Positions 1 to 9,878 of a stretch of 64,000 bases of DNA are shown here, in pieces. This stretch comes from Rhodothermus sp. (GTDB taxonomy: Bacteria; Bacteroidota; Rhodothermia; Rhodothermales; Rhodothermaceae). The position numbers and the translations under genes were made by a program. Within the stretch, counting starts at the first letter, position 1. Every line of letters begins with the position of its first letter. The stretch is taken from the NCBI GenBank assembly GCA_030950375.1, contig JAUZRN010000018.1, positions 18,629 to 82,628 on the forward strand, in the 5' to 3' direction. The notes below the pieces were generated by a model. It made no database searches and had not been told where the DNA came from. It was given only the letters and a program-made list of their open reading frames with translations.

Positions 1-94
1 TCTATTATAGAGATTTGCTGATGCTCAGCTCAGCTCCCGTCGATGGGCTGGAGCACCTCTACGTCCGAACGCGATAGATCGACAGGGGCATGCT

Positions 95-2410
95 TCAGTC
101 GATGCGGCGCAACCGGGCAAACTTGAGCACCAGCTTTTTCTGGCCCACTTCCGGAAAGAAAACGACGGCACGAGCCTGATCGCCCTGCCCTTCCAGTGTT
201 AGGACCTTGCCCTCTCCAAACATCGGATGCTCCACGCGAGCACCGGGCACAATCTCACCGATGCCCTCATCATACACCACCCTCCGTGCTCCATCCAAAG
301 CACTATCTGTCCGGGATCGAGGCTTTCGAGAGGAATGAGGATCCTGCTCCACATAGTGACCGGTACGCAGCTTCCGATCGACTACCTGGCCACGACGGAA
401 AGGCAGCCCGGCTTCGGTCACGATAACATCTGTGTCGAGCTCTTCCAGAAAACGGCTACGTACGCTGGGCTGCTGTTCCCCATAACGGTAACGGCTGCGA
501 GCATAGCAGAGAAACAGGTGCCGCTGCGCCCGGGTTACGCCTACATAAAACAACCGCCGCTCTTCTTCCAGGTCCTTACGATCCTGCGTCGCCTGCGCAA
601 GCGGAAAGAGCCCTTCTTCAAGTCCCGTAATAAACACCACGGGAAACTCCAGTCCCTTGGAAGCATGCAGCGTCATGAGTGTGACGCGGTTATCCTCGGG
701 CATTTCGTCCAGATCCGTCAGCAGCGCCACCTCCTGCAGAAATCCGCTCAGCGTGGCCTGTTCGCCGGCCGTGGCCACGTACTCGGCGATGGCGTTCAGT
801 AACTCCTGCACGTTCTCCCAGCGAGCAAGGGCCTCTGGCGTACCTTCGCGACGCAGCTCTTCGAAGAGACCGCTTTCCTGCAACAGCGAGCGTGCCAGTT
901 CATCTGCCGGCATCGTGTCCATCCTGGCTGCATGACGGGCAATCAGAAAGTGAAACTGCTGCACGGCCTGCTGTGCCCGCGCGGGCAGTCCGACCGCTTC
1001 TACCCGTTCAAGCGTCTGCCACAGACTCAGACCGTGTTGCCGTGCGTAGTTCATCAGGATTTCGAGGGTGCGCTGACCGATGCCCCGTGCGGGATAGTTG
1101 ATGACGCGCTGCAGACTGGCCGTATCATGTGGGTTGACCAGCAGTCGCAGATACGCCAGCACGTCTTTAATCTCCTTGCGCTGATAAAACGACAGGCTAC
1201 CCACGACCCGATAGGGAATACCACCACGCCGCAGCGCTTCTTCGAGCGAACGACTCTGCGCATTGGTGCGATAGAGCACAGCAAAATCGCGAAAAGCATA
1301 ACCATAGCGCACGTGCAGATCCCGTATGCGCTGCTCGATTTTCTGTGCTTCATCGCGCTCCGAAAGCGCCTCGACGAGCACAATCGGATCGCCCTCGGGA
1401 TTTTCAGTCCAGAGCTGCTTTTCCAGCTGATCCCGATTGTGGCGAATGATTGCTTCGGCCAGCTTCAGGATACGGCGCGTCGAACGGTAATTCTGCTCCA
1501 GCCGGATGACGCGGGCGTCCGGGTAGTCGCGCTGAAACGACAGAATATTGCCGATGTCAGCGCCTCGAAAGGCATAGATCGACTGGGCATCGTCGCCCAC
1601 CACACACAGGTTGCGATGCGTTTCGGCCAGCTTGCGGGCCAGTACATACTGCACTCGGTTCGTGTCCTGGTATTCGTCGATGTGTAGATAGCGCCAACGT
1701 TCCTGGTACTGCTGCAGGACGTCCGGATGCTGTTCGAACAGCTCGATGGGTTTGAGTAGCAGATCGTCGAAGTCGAGCGCGTTGGCTTTACGGAGCGCCT
1801 CCTGATACGGGCCGTAGAGCCGCGCTGCTTTTTCCTGAAGCGGCGAAGCGGCCAGCCGGGCATACGCCTCCGGCCCGATCATCTGGTTTTTGGCGCTGGA
1901 GATCAGGTGTCGGATTGTGCGCGGACTGTACTGACGTGGATCAATCTGGTAGCGCAGCATCAGCTCCCGCAGCAATCGCTCCGCGTCGTCAGTGTCATAA
2001 ATGCTGAAGTCTGACGTATAACCGATGCGATGCCCTTCGCGGCGCAGGATCCGAGCAAAAATCGAATGGAACGTTCCCATCCAGATATGTCGGGCGGCCT
2101 TGGATCCGACCAGCCGTTCGATGCGCTCCATCATCTCCCGGGCCGCTTTGTTCGTAAAGGTCAATGCCAGGATCTGATGGGGCCGAGCCCGCCCCGCAGC
2201 AATCAGGTAGGCGATGCGATGCGTAAGCGTGCGTGTCTTACCCGATCCCGGTCCGGCGATGATCAGCACCGGTCCCTCGGTAGCCTGCACAGCCTGCCGC
2301 TGTACGGGATTGAGCCCTTCCAGAATGCGCGCAGCGGCTTCCGGGAATGTCTCGGAAACAGCGTCGGCGTCGGTTGTTGGCTCACGCTGTAAAAGAAACG
2401 TGCGCATCAA
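95..2410 (-). CDS. pcrA: ATP-dependent DNA helicase PcrA/UvrD (SF1)
   Basis: 771-aa ORF with Walker A AGPGSGKT, DEYQD, TLHASKGLEFP and EERRLFYVGVTRA motifs, plus a C-terminal Tudor-like tail (GARVEHPMFGEGKV). Confidence 0.96.
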   Translation of the reverse strand: MMRTFLLQREPTTDADAVSETFPEAAARILEGLNPVQRQAVQATEGPVLIIAGPGSGKTRTLTHRIAYLIAAGRARPHQILALTFTNKAAREMMERIERLVGSKAARHIWMGTFHSIFARILRREGHRIGYTSDFSIYDTDDAERLLRELMLRYQIDPRQYSPRTIRHLISSAKNQMIGPEAYARLAASPLQEKAARLYGPYQEALRKANALDFDDLLLKPIELFEQHPDVLQQYQERWRYLHIDEYQDTNRVQYVLARKLAETHRNLCVVGDDAQSIYAFRGADIGNILSFQRDYPDARVIRLEQNYRSTRRILKLAEAIIRHNRDQLEKQLWTENPEGDPIVLVEALSERDEAQKIEQRIRDLHVRYGYAFRDFAVLYRTNAQSRSLEEALRRGGIPYRVVGSLSFYQRKEIKDVLAYLRLLVNPHDTASLQRVINYPARGIGQRTLEILMNYARQHGLSLWQTLERVEAVGLPARAQQAVQQFHFLIARHAARMDTMPADELARSLLQESGLFEELRREGTPEALARWENVQELLNAIAEYVATAGEQATLSGFLQEVALLTDLDEMPEDNRVTLMTLHASKGLEFPVVFITGLEEGLFPLAQATQDRKDLEEERRLFYVGVTRAQRHLFLCYARSRYRYGEQQPSVRSRFLEELDTDVIVTEAGLPFRRGQVVDRKLRTGHYVEQDPHSSRKPRSRTDSALDGARRVVYDEGIGEIVPGARVEHPMFGEGKVLTLEGQGDQARAVVFFPEVGQKKLVLKFARLRRID

Positions 2411-2487
2411 ACTTCACAGGCTGGTTGGTGCCTTCTAAGAAAGCACATTTCTGACAGGAATGCCAGCAGGATTCTGATGAATCCGAC

Positions 2488-3324
2488 TCAGACTGCCAGC
2501 TGCTTATCACCCGACATAACCTGTCGGGCTTCGGGCCACATGCGTATCCAGACAGGCATCCCTGCGACGCTACGACGAATGATTGCCACAAGCTTCTGAA
2601 ATGCAGCTTCTTCCCGGGTAGTCCAGGCAAACCCATACGCTGCCCGCAACTCGGGCGGCAGCAGACCGAGCGTCAGTACACGCCAGGGTTTCGTAAACGG
2701 AGCAGCCCATCGCACCGGCGCAAGTACATGCGCAGCCAGCCGCCGAGCAGTAGGGGTCACCCTGAGCACATTGCTTGCCTGTATGGTCTGCACGTGCGCC
2801 ATCAGTTCGGTCCACGAATTCGGAAAAGTGCCCGGCGGAAGGCCCAGCCAGGTCTCCATGGCCCGGGCCTCCTGGCAGTACCGATCCCGTTCATCAGGCA
2901 TTAACGGTCGCACGAAGGTTTCATAAGCACAAAGCGTAGCTTCGATGGTGGTCACGTGCACCCAGGTAAGCAATGCCGGATCGTCGGCTCGATAGGTAGT
3001 GCCGGTCGGAAATATTCCCAGCGGCTCGGTGAGCGTGCCCCGCACCCGCTGATGCGCCTGTCGAATCCATTGCGCTACCTGCTCGGCTTCTGTTGCGGTC
3101 CCAAAGCTCAACCGCCGCATAGCTTGCACGGTGCGCGTAAAACGACGCCAGGCGGCTCGAAGTGATCGGGAAAAGTCCGAATGTTGGGCCACGGCAATGG
3201 CTATCAGCGGATGGGCCAGTTGCCAGAACAGCGCCCGTCCCCAGCCCAGCACCACTACCCGCTCGCGGTTCACCTGCCACGCAATGGAAATGCTCTCCTG
3301 CATAACCCCATGCAATACCCACAT
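2488..3324 (-). CDS. DUF2236 / MpaB-type oxygenase-family protein
   Basis: Motifs RERVVVLGWGRALFWQLAHP, YRADDPALLTWVHVT and ERDRYCQE..LGLP..FPNSW, and a C-terminal GLLPPELRAAYG, are typical of the family. Confidence 0.8.
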   Translation of the reverse strand: MWVLHGVMQESISIAWQVNRERVVVLGWGRALFWQLAHPLIAIAVAQHSDFSRSLRAAWRRFTRTVQAMRRLSFGTATEAEQVAQWIRQAHQRVRGTLTEPLGIFPTGTTYRADDPALLTWVHVTTIEATLCAYETFVRPLMPDERDRYCQEARAMETWLGLPPGTFPNSWTELMAHVQTIQASNVLRVTPTARRLAAHVLAPVRWAAPFTKPWRVLTLGLLPPELRAAYGFAWTTREEAAFQKLVAIIRRSVAGMPVWIRMWPEARQVMSGDKQLAV

Positions 3325-3468
3325 AGACTGTTAAACAGAAAAGCGCTGGCCCACCCACTGTTTCCGGCATAACAGTCTTTAACGAGTGGACATTGCTTCT
3401 GTCCATGAACTCCAACGTCACAACACACATCCAGCAATGTTGACAAGCATAGGCGCTGTCCGACATGT

Positions 3469-3943
3469 CCCCCCTCCGTCCTCCGGGCCAGCTCTCCCTT
3501 TGAGGGGGAGCAAAATTTTCTGGATCAGCACGTAACGCTTACTACAGCGTGATGGCCAGCTTTCTGGCAGAGCTTCTTCGTTGCGTCCCCCCCTCCCCGC
3601 TGGGAAGGGGCAACCATCGCTGCCGAATTAAGCTAACCGTCTTGTCTTCAGCGCAACGTAAGCCCAGAAAAACACCCCTCCGTCGCTTCGCAACAGCTCC
3701 CCCTATAAGGGGGGAGCAGATTCTTTGAATTTTACAGCAGTTGCTGCCGACGTCCTCCGGCAGTATATCCGGAGGCGGGAGCAGATTCTTTGAATTTTAC
3801 AGCAGTGCCTGCACCAACGCCACGCATTTCTCGAACGCCGACGCTGACACCGGCTTTCAAGTTCGGAAAAGGCCAATCCATCCTAAGTCCCAAGCAAGAC
3901 CTTCTTCTTTGACTCCCCCTCCGAGGAGGAGGTCGGGGGGGCT
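3469..3943. repeat. Hairpin-repeat array A (REP/REPIN-like, alternating orientation)
   Basis: Units CCCCTCMGTC..CAGCTCYCCYT-n-AGGGRGAGC at 3469-3511 and 3675-3717, inverted related hairpins at 3585-3611 and 3912-3943, and a degenerate unit near 3750-3782. Confidence 0.8.
3712..3806 (+). repeat. 30-bp exact direct repeat inside array A
   Basis: gggagcagattctttgaattttacagcagt occurs at 3712-3741 and 3777-3806. Confidence 0.9.
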
Positions 3944-4050
3944 TACTCTCCATCCGCAACACCTCTGAGGTCCATCACCCCCTCCTTGAAGAGCCTTTGC
4001 CGTTTTTTTCCTTTCGCAACCTTTCACGAAACCCAACCGCCAGACCAATC

Positions 4051-4074
4051 ATTTACTTGTTTAAACAAGTAAAT
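4051..4074. promoter_or_regulatory. Perfect 24-bp palindrome upstream of wrbA, putative operator
   Basis: ATTTACTTGTTT|AAACAAGTAAAT, AT-rich, ending about 30 bp before the wrbA start. Confidence 0.6.
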
Positions 4075-4103
4075 CCTCATTCACCTTCAAACCAGCGTGG
4101 TCC

Positions 4104-4739
4104 ATGATGGAAAAGACGCGCGTGCTGGTGCTGTACTACAGCATGTACGGTCACCTTGAGGTCCTGGCCCGTGAAGTAGCGGCCGGTGCGGCCGAAGTAG
4201 AAGGCGTTGAAGTGGTTGTCAAACGCGTGCCTGAACTGATTCCGGAAGAGCAGGCACGTCAGATCGGTGTCAAGCTGGATCAGGACGCGCCGGTCGCCAC
4301 GGTAGAAGAGCTTCCCGAATACGATGCGATTATTGTGGGCACGCCCACGCGCTTTGGCAACATGGCGGCCCAGATGCGCAACTTCTGGGATCAGACCGGC
4401 CCGCTCTGGGCAAAGGGTGCGCTGATCGGCAAGGTAGGCAGCGTGTTTACCGCCACGGCCACCCAGCATGGAGGACACGAAAGCACGATACTTTCCGTCC
4501 ACACCACATTCCTCCATCATGGAATGATTGTCGTTGGCCTTCCTTACAGCTGCGCCGAGCTCATGCAAATCGATGAGGTGGCCGGGGGGTCGCCCTATGG
4601 CGCCGGCACCATTACCGGTGGCGATGGTAAACGCATGCCGTCGGACGTAGAGCGGCGCATTGCGCGCTTCCAGGGACGCTACGTGGCCGAAATTGCCCGC
4701 CAGCTCAAAATCGGGCGGTTGCAGGCGCAGGCCGCCTGA
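4104..4739 (+). CDS. wrbA: NAD(P)H:quinone oxidoreductase WrbA
   Basis: Motifs [38 protein letters not shown] and GGSPYGA. Confidence 0.96.
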   Translation: MMEKTRVLVLYYSMYGHLEVLAREVAAGAAEVEGVEVVVKRVPELIPEEQARQIGVKLDQDAPVATVEELPEYDAIIVGTPTRFGNMAAQMRNFWDQTGPLWAKGALIGKVGSVFTATATQHGGHESTILSVHTTFLHHGMIVVGLPYSCAELMQIDEVAGGSPYGAGTITGGDGKRMPSDVERRIARFQGRYVAEIARQLKIGRLQAQAA

Positions 4740-4763
4740 ATCCAGCAGGTTTGCTTACGCCTG

Positions 4764-4794
4764 GCCCGGTCGGCCTCTCCGGCCGGGCTTTTTT
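4764..4794 (+). terminator. Rho-independent terminator after wrbA
   Basis: Stem gcccggtcgg/ccggccgggc followed by a T6 tract. Confidence 0.8.
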
Positions 4795-5230
4795 GTATGC
4801 GTTTGCGAGAAGATAAACGGGACGCACTGAACCGGTCGATGCGGCTGCTGCGGTTAGGGCAGAGTGCTGCCCGGTCCTCTTCGGATCCTTCGGCCCGGCC
4901 ACGTCGAACAGGCATCGATCGGTGCTCCAACGTTCCGCGTCCATGCGCTCGGCCATCTACAGATTTTGCCTCTCGTAGCTGACCGACAGTCTCAGCGGAC
5001 AGGCCCGGCGCAGGGCATCCGGATGACGCAACGCGTCTTACCAGAAGCGACCGGACGTTTTCAGGAGCCAGCGTTGCATCGCAACGCTAAGCGTGCCGTG
5101 GCGAATGGACCGAAAAAAAAAGGGCAGTGCGTCGGCTTTCTTCAGCTATGCGGCCTCTCCCTCTTCCCCTTCTTTCTGCCGATCGCTGTATATTGTGCCG
5201 TTCGTATGACCAGATCGCAGGGGTGTTGCC

Positions 5231-7147
5231 ATGAAGAAGCGTTTGCGTTTGTTGCTGCTGGGATTGCTGCTCGGAGAAGGGCTGGCGGCGCAGCCTACCG
5301 CTTTTGCCCCGCTGGAGCTACCGGCTCCTAACGTCTATCGCACAGCTTCGGGGGAGCCTGGCCCGGACTACTGGCAGCAGCGCGTCGATTACGCCATCCG
5401 AGTAACGCTCGATACGACGTCGCACCGAATCACCGGCTCCGAGACGATCACCTACACAAACAACGCCCCGGTAGCCCTGCAGGAACTCTGGCTACAGCTG
5501 GATCAGAATCTGTTTGCTGCAGGCAGCCTGGGCGATGCCCTGATCGAACCTGGCTCGCGCTGGCGAGGCGCTTTCGAGGAGGGCGGCTTTCGTATTACCC
5601 GGGTCGAAGTGGTGCAGAACGGCCGCCGCTATGTGCCACACTACCTGATCGACGATACCCGTATGCGCATCGATCTGGACGAACCCCTGCCTGCCCGCGG
5701 CGGCCAGTTACAACTGGAGCTGGATTTCAGCTTCGTTGTGCCGGCTTACGGCGCCGACCGCATGGGCCGCCTGCGTGTCGAACAGGGTATCGTCTATGAG
5801 ATCGCCCAGTGGTATCCGCGGCTGTACGTTTTTGACGACGTAAACGGCTGGAACGTAGCCCCTTACTTAGGTCAGGGCGAATTCTACCTGGAATATGGTG
5901 ATTTTGAAGTAGCAATCACGGTACCTCGCAACTTCATTGTGGTAGCTACAGGGGTGTTACAGAATCCGGACGAAGTACTGACGGCCACACAACGCACCCG
6001 GTTGGAACAGGCGCGGCGAAGTGCCGAAACGGTACACATCATCCGACCGGACGAAGTTGGCCGCTCGGAAACGCGTCCGGCCGGCGAAGGGCCACTGACC
6101 TGGCGTTTTCGGGCCGAAAATGTACGCGACTTCGCCTGGGCCGCCTCACAGGCCTTTATCTGGGATGCCGCCTCCTGGCGGGATGTGCTTGTGATGTCGG
6201 TCTATCCGAAAGAAGGGCTCGGCACACCTGAGCAACCAGGATGGGAACAGTCCACCCGTTACGCACGCCACAGCATTGCCCACTACTCGGAGATGTGGTA
6301 TCCCTACCCCTACCCCGTGGCAATCAACGTAGCGGGCATCGTGGGCGGCATGGAGTATCCGATGATCGTATTCTGTTCGGTACGAGCACGGGGCCAGGGC
6401 CTGTTTGGCGTAACCGACCACGAATTCGGCCACACCTGGTTCCCTATGATCGTGGGTAGTGATGAGCGGCGTTATGCCTGGCAGGATGAAGGCATCAACA
6501 CGTTCATCAACTATTACGCTAACATAGCCTTCTACGGCGAAAAGGCGGCACGCACGCGGCGTCTGCAGCCCGACTACATTGCGCAGCGCATGCAGGATTC
6601 TCTGGTGCATCAGCCGATCATGACTTATCCGGACCAGATTCGGCCGCAGGCGCTGGGCTTTGTCGCTTACCGCAAGCCTGGATTCGGGCTCCGGTTGCTC
6701 CGCGAATACATCCTGGGGCCGGAGCGCTTCGACCGTGCCTTCCGCACATACATTCGCCGCTGGGCCTTCAAACATCCGCAGCCAGCCGACTTCTTCCGCA
6801 CCATCGAAAACGTGGCTGGCGAAGATCTGGACTGGTTCTGGCGCGGCTGGTTCTACACAACCGACTTGCTCGACCAGGCCATCGACAGCGTCCGCGTGGC
6901 CGAAGGCCAGACGCGCCTGTACCTGCATAATCGCCAGGGGCTGGTCTTTCCGGTCGTCGTCGAAGCTACCTATGCCGATGGCCGGAAGGTCCGCTACCGT
7001 TTTCCTGTCGAGCTCTGGGCTACCGGTGCCCGTCAGACCGTTGAAATTCCGGGAGAAGCCATCCAGGCAGTTCTGGATCCAGACCAGCTACTCCCCGACA
7101 TAGATCGGACCAACAACGTCTGGCCTGTGCATACCTCCACCAAGTAG
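5231..7147 (+). CDS. Secreted M1-family metalloaminopeptidase
   Basis: Signal peptide, GGMEYP, and zinc motif HEFGH..18..DEG. Confidence 0.92.
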   Translation: MKKRLRLLLLGLLLGEGLAAQPTAFAPLELPAPNVYRTASGEPGPDYWQQRVDYAIRVTLDTTSHRITGSETITYTNNAPVALQELWLQLDQNLFAAGSLGDALIEPGSRWRGAFEEGGFRITRVEVVQNGRRYVPHYLIDDTRMRIDLDEPLPARGGQLQLELDFSFVVPAYGADRMGRLRVEQGIVYEIAQWYPRLYVFDDVNGWNVAPYLGQGEFYLEYGDFEVAITVPRNFIVVATGVLQNPDEVLTATQRTRLEQARRSAETVHIIRPDEVGRSETRPAGEGPLTWRFRAENVRDFAWAASQAFIWDAASWRDVLVMSVYPKEGLGTPEQPGWEQSTRYARHSIAHYSEMWYPYPYPVAINVAGIVGGMEYPMIVFCSVRARGQGLFGVTDHEFGHTWFPMIVGSDERRYAWQDEGINTFINYYANIAFYGEKAARTRRLQPDYIAQRMQDSLVHQPIMTYPDQIRPQALGFVAYRKPGFGLRLLREYILGPERFDRAFRTYIRRWAFKHPQPADFFRTIENVAGEDLDWFWRGWFYTTDLLDQAIDSVRVAEGQTRLYLHNRQGLVFPVVVEATYADGRKVRYRFPVELWATGARQTVEIPGEAIQAVLDPDQLLPDIDRTNNVWPVHTSTK

Positions 7148-7153
7148 AGACCG

Positions 7154-7182
7154 GGCGACTCCGTTCGGAGTCGCCTCTTTTT
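7154..7182 (+). terminator. Rho-independent terminator
   Basis: Stem ggcgactcc-gttc-ggagtcgcc followed by a T tract. Confidence 0.8.
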
Positions 7183-7219
7183 GTGGCATTACCTTAATAA
7201 AACAGCGGTATAGCAAACG

Positions 7220-8542
7220 ATGAGCGGGATCGCACTACTTCGGGGTCTTCTGGGGTTGACCGTTATTCTGGGATTGGCTTACCTGCTTTCCAGCGACCGT
7301 CGTCACATCAACTGGCGTACCGTAGGCGGCGGCCTGCTCCTTCAGATTATGTTGGCTATCTTTATCCTGAAGGGCGAAGAGATGGGCGCCTGGTTTGCAC
7401 CGCTGGGCTGGCCCAAAGCGTTCTTCGCCTGGGTCAGTTCATTTTTTGTCCTGGTACTCAACTTTACCACCGAGGGTGCCCGATTTGTCTTCGGGAATCT
7501 GGCACTCAGTCCGGGCACGGAGGACAGTATGGGCTTTTTCTTTGCCTTTCAGGTACTGCCCACCATCATCTTTTTCAGCTCACTAATGGCCGTGCTTTAC
7601 CACCTGGGCATTATGCAACGCATCGTGCAGGGCATGGCCTGGCTGGTCAGTCGCACGCTAGGCACCAGCGGTGCTGAATCGCTGTCGGTCTCGGCCAATA
7701 TTTTTGTCGGGCAGACCGAGGCGCCGCTGGTTGTCCGGCCCTATCTGGAAAAGATGACGCGCTCGGAGCTGATGGCCGTGATGACCGGTGGGATGGCGAC
7801 CATCGCAGGTGGTGTCATGGCTGCCTATATTCAACTCCTCGGGGATCCCTATGCGCAGGCGCGTGGGTTGGCCCTTGATGTAGCCCGGTTGCAGTTTGCC
7901 GAGCACCTGCTGGGTGCCAGTGTGATGGCGGCTCCGGCGGCCTTGCTCCTGGCCAAGATATTGATTCCAGAAACGGCTCAACCGGTCACGGCTGGGAGCG
8001 TGCGTATTTCGATTGAGCGCACAACTCGCAATGTGATCGACGCGGCTGCCGCCGGTGCCTCTGACGGGCTGAAGCTGGCCCTGAACGTCGGCGCCATGCT
8101 GATCGCTTTCATCGCGCTCATTGCCATGCTCAACTACTTCCTGGGCTGGGTTGGTGGCCTGGTGGGTGTCGAGCTATCGCTGGAGCACCTGTTCGGTTGG
8201 ACGCTGGCACCGGTAGCCTGGTTGATCGGCGTCCCCTGGAACGATGCCGCTCAGTTCGGTGCCCTTGTAGGGACCAAGCTGGTAGTCAACGAATTTGTAG
8301 CCTATCTGAACCTGGCCACCCTCATCGGCCAGAACGCACTCTCGGAAAAAGCTACCGTGATGGCTACGTTCGCGCTGTGTGGCTTTGCCAACTTTTCATC
8401 CATTGCCATCCAGATCGGAGGCATTGGCCCGCTGGCGCCTTCGCGTATCTCTGAACTGGCTGCGCTGGGGCTCCGCGCCGTCCTGGCTGGCACGCTGGCC
8501 AATATGATGACGGCGACGATTGCAGGCGTGCTGATCGGCTGA
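7220..8542 (+). CDS. nupC: Concentrative nucleoside transporter (NupC/CNT family)
   Basis: Motifs [38 protein letters not shown] and [16 protein letters not shown]. Confidence 0.93.
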   Translation: MSGIALLRGLLGLTVILGLAYLLSSDRRHINWRTVGGGLLLQIMLAIFILKGEEMGAWFAPLGWPKAFFAWVSSFFVLVLNFTTEGARFVFGNLALSPGTEDSMGFFFAFQVLPTIIFFSSLMAVLYHLGIMQRIVQGMAWLVSRTLGTSGAESLSVSANIFVGQTEAPLVVRPYLEKMTRSELMAVMTGGMATIAGGVMAAYIQLLGDPYAQARGLALDVARLQFAEHLLGASVMAAPAALLLAKILIPETAQPVTAGSVRISIERTTRNVIDAAAAGASDGLKLALNVGAMLIAFIALIAMLNYFLGWVGGLVGVELSLEHLFGWTLAPVAWLIGVPWNDAAQFGALVGTKLVVNEFVAYLNLATLIGQNALSEKATVMATFALCGFANFSSIAIQIGGIGPLAPSRISELAALGLRAVLAGTLANMMTATIAGVLIG

Positions 8543-9250
8543 TCAGCCTTCCGGGATCTGGTAGCGAATGTTGAAACGTACCCAGGAAGGTACGGCAACC
8601 CATTCAGCACCACGACGCACGTAAGCCGGCTGCCAGCGCATCTGCGCCGTAGCCTGCATTGCCAGCCGATCGAGCGCTGGATGAATCCCCTTAAGCAGCT
8701 TGATAGCCCGGGGGTATCCCTCGGGATCCAGATAGACCTGCATCTCAACCTTGCCGGCAATGCCCTGTGCAATCAAACTATCAGGATACACAACGGGCAC
8801 GTCTTTTCCCAGGCGTGTAATCGGACGAGGTTCGCGGAAATACCGCTGCAGTTTGCGATAGCTCTCCTGACGCAGCCGGTCCACTTCGGCCTCCAGGTCG
8901 CCGGAAATCGACGTCTGCGCCAACTCAGGTGCAATATGCCGATCGAAGAGCGAATCGATGATTTCAGGCTGCACGCGAAACAGGGGCGTCAGGCTACGTC
9001 GTACGGCCTGCACCAGCACTTCCCCGGCGGCATATGTCCGGGAAACCGAGGCCATCGGGACACCTTCCAGCCCCATAGCAGTCAGCGATGTCAGATCGCG
9101 AAATGCCAGCGTTGTGTCCACTCCCTGATGCCACCAGCGTCCATCAGCCGCCAGCCAGCCCTCAGGAGGCTCCAGCGAAGTGGACGAAGAACGACAGCCC
9201 AGCAATGTCAATAGCAGCGTAAACAGCAGCAGACGAAAACGCATGCGCAT
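8543..9250 (-). CDS. Lipoprotein with a C-terminal TonB_C domain
   Basis: Lipobox LLGC, and a C-terminal YPDSLIAQGIAGKVEMQVYLDPEG..LDRLAMQATAQMRWQPA matching the TonB_C pattern. Confidence 0.75.
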   Translation of the reverse strand: MRMRFRLLLFTLLLTLLGCRSSSTSLEPPEGWLAADGRWWHQGVDTTLAFRDLTSLTAMGLEGVPMASVSRTYAAGEVLVQAVRRSLTPLFRVQPEIIDSLFDRHIAPELAQTSISGDLEAEVDRLRQESYRKLQRYFREPRPITRLGKDVPVVYPDSLIAQGIAGKVEMQVYLDPEGYPRAIKLLKGIHPALDRLAMQATAQMRWQPAYVRRGAEWVAVPSWVRFNIRYQIPEG

Positions 9251-9335
9251 TGGATGATCAAAGGATTGTGGCTAAAAAATCAACATTCGGCCAGCAAAAA
9301 TACGCGCTACCCTTTAGAAGCACAAATGCAGAGCG

Positions 9336-9848
9336 TCAGGATTCCGTAGATTCAGTCGATGAAGAGGATTCCAGACGTTTGGCCAATCGTACAAAGTAGC
9401 GCCGCCGATCCATCGCCACCACCCGTACCCGGCTGCCGGCCGCAATGTACTGCCCTTCGGTGGCGGCCTCAATACGCTCCCCCTCAACCTCCACGATGCC
9501 CACCGGGCGTAGTGGCGTTACAGCAATGCCTTCTTTTCCCAGATAGCGGGCACGATACGCTCCGGGCCGATCCGTCGCCGTACCTTTCAGGGACGTGGCC
9601 AGCACAAACTGGCGCCAGGCACCGCTACGCCAGAGTATCAGAAACAGCAAACCGCTGGCTGCCAGCGTACCGACCAGTACAGACAATCCGGCCATCCATC
9701 CGGAAGCCGTAAAGGCATAGCCCAACCCGAACAATACGAGCCCCACCCCCACAATCCCCGCGATGTTCATCCCGGGAATCAGGTACACTTCGGCCACGAT
9801 CAATGCCAGACCGATTAGAATCAATGTTATGGCAAGCAGCAGCTCCAA
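9336..9848 (-). CDS. Short NfeD-family membrane protein
   Basis: AEVYLIPG transmembrane region and an OB-fold tail GIAVTPLRPVGIVEVEGERIEA. Confidence 0.88.
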   Translation of the reverse strand: MELLLAITLILIGLALIVAEVYLIPGMNIAGIVGVGLVLFGLGYAFTASGWMAGLSVLVGTLAASGLLFLILWRSGAWRQFVLATSLKGTATDRPGAYRARYLGKEGIAVTPLRPVGIVEVEGERIEAATEGQYIAAGSRVRVVAMDRRRYFVRLAKRLESSSSTESTES

Positions 9849-9878
9849 GGCTCGTGTGCTGTTCGCAAACGGTTTGCT

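Noticed and set aside
4797-5230. 430-bp gap with small ORFs and a hairpin (agcgttgc-atc-gcaacgct)
   Set aside because: No recognisable protein or ncRNA signature (not SRP, RNase P or 6S by eye); left unassigned.
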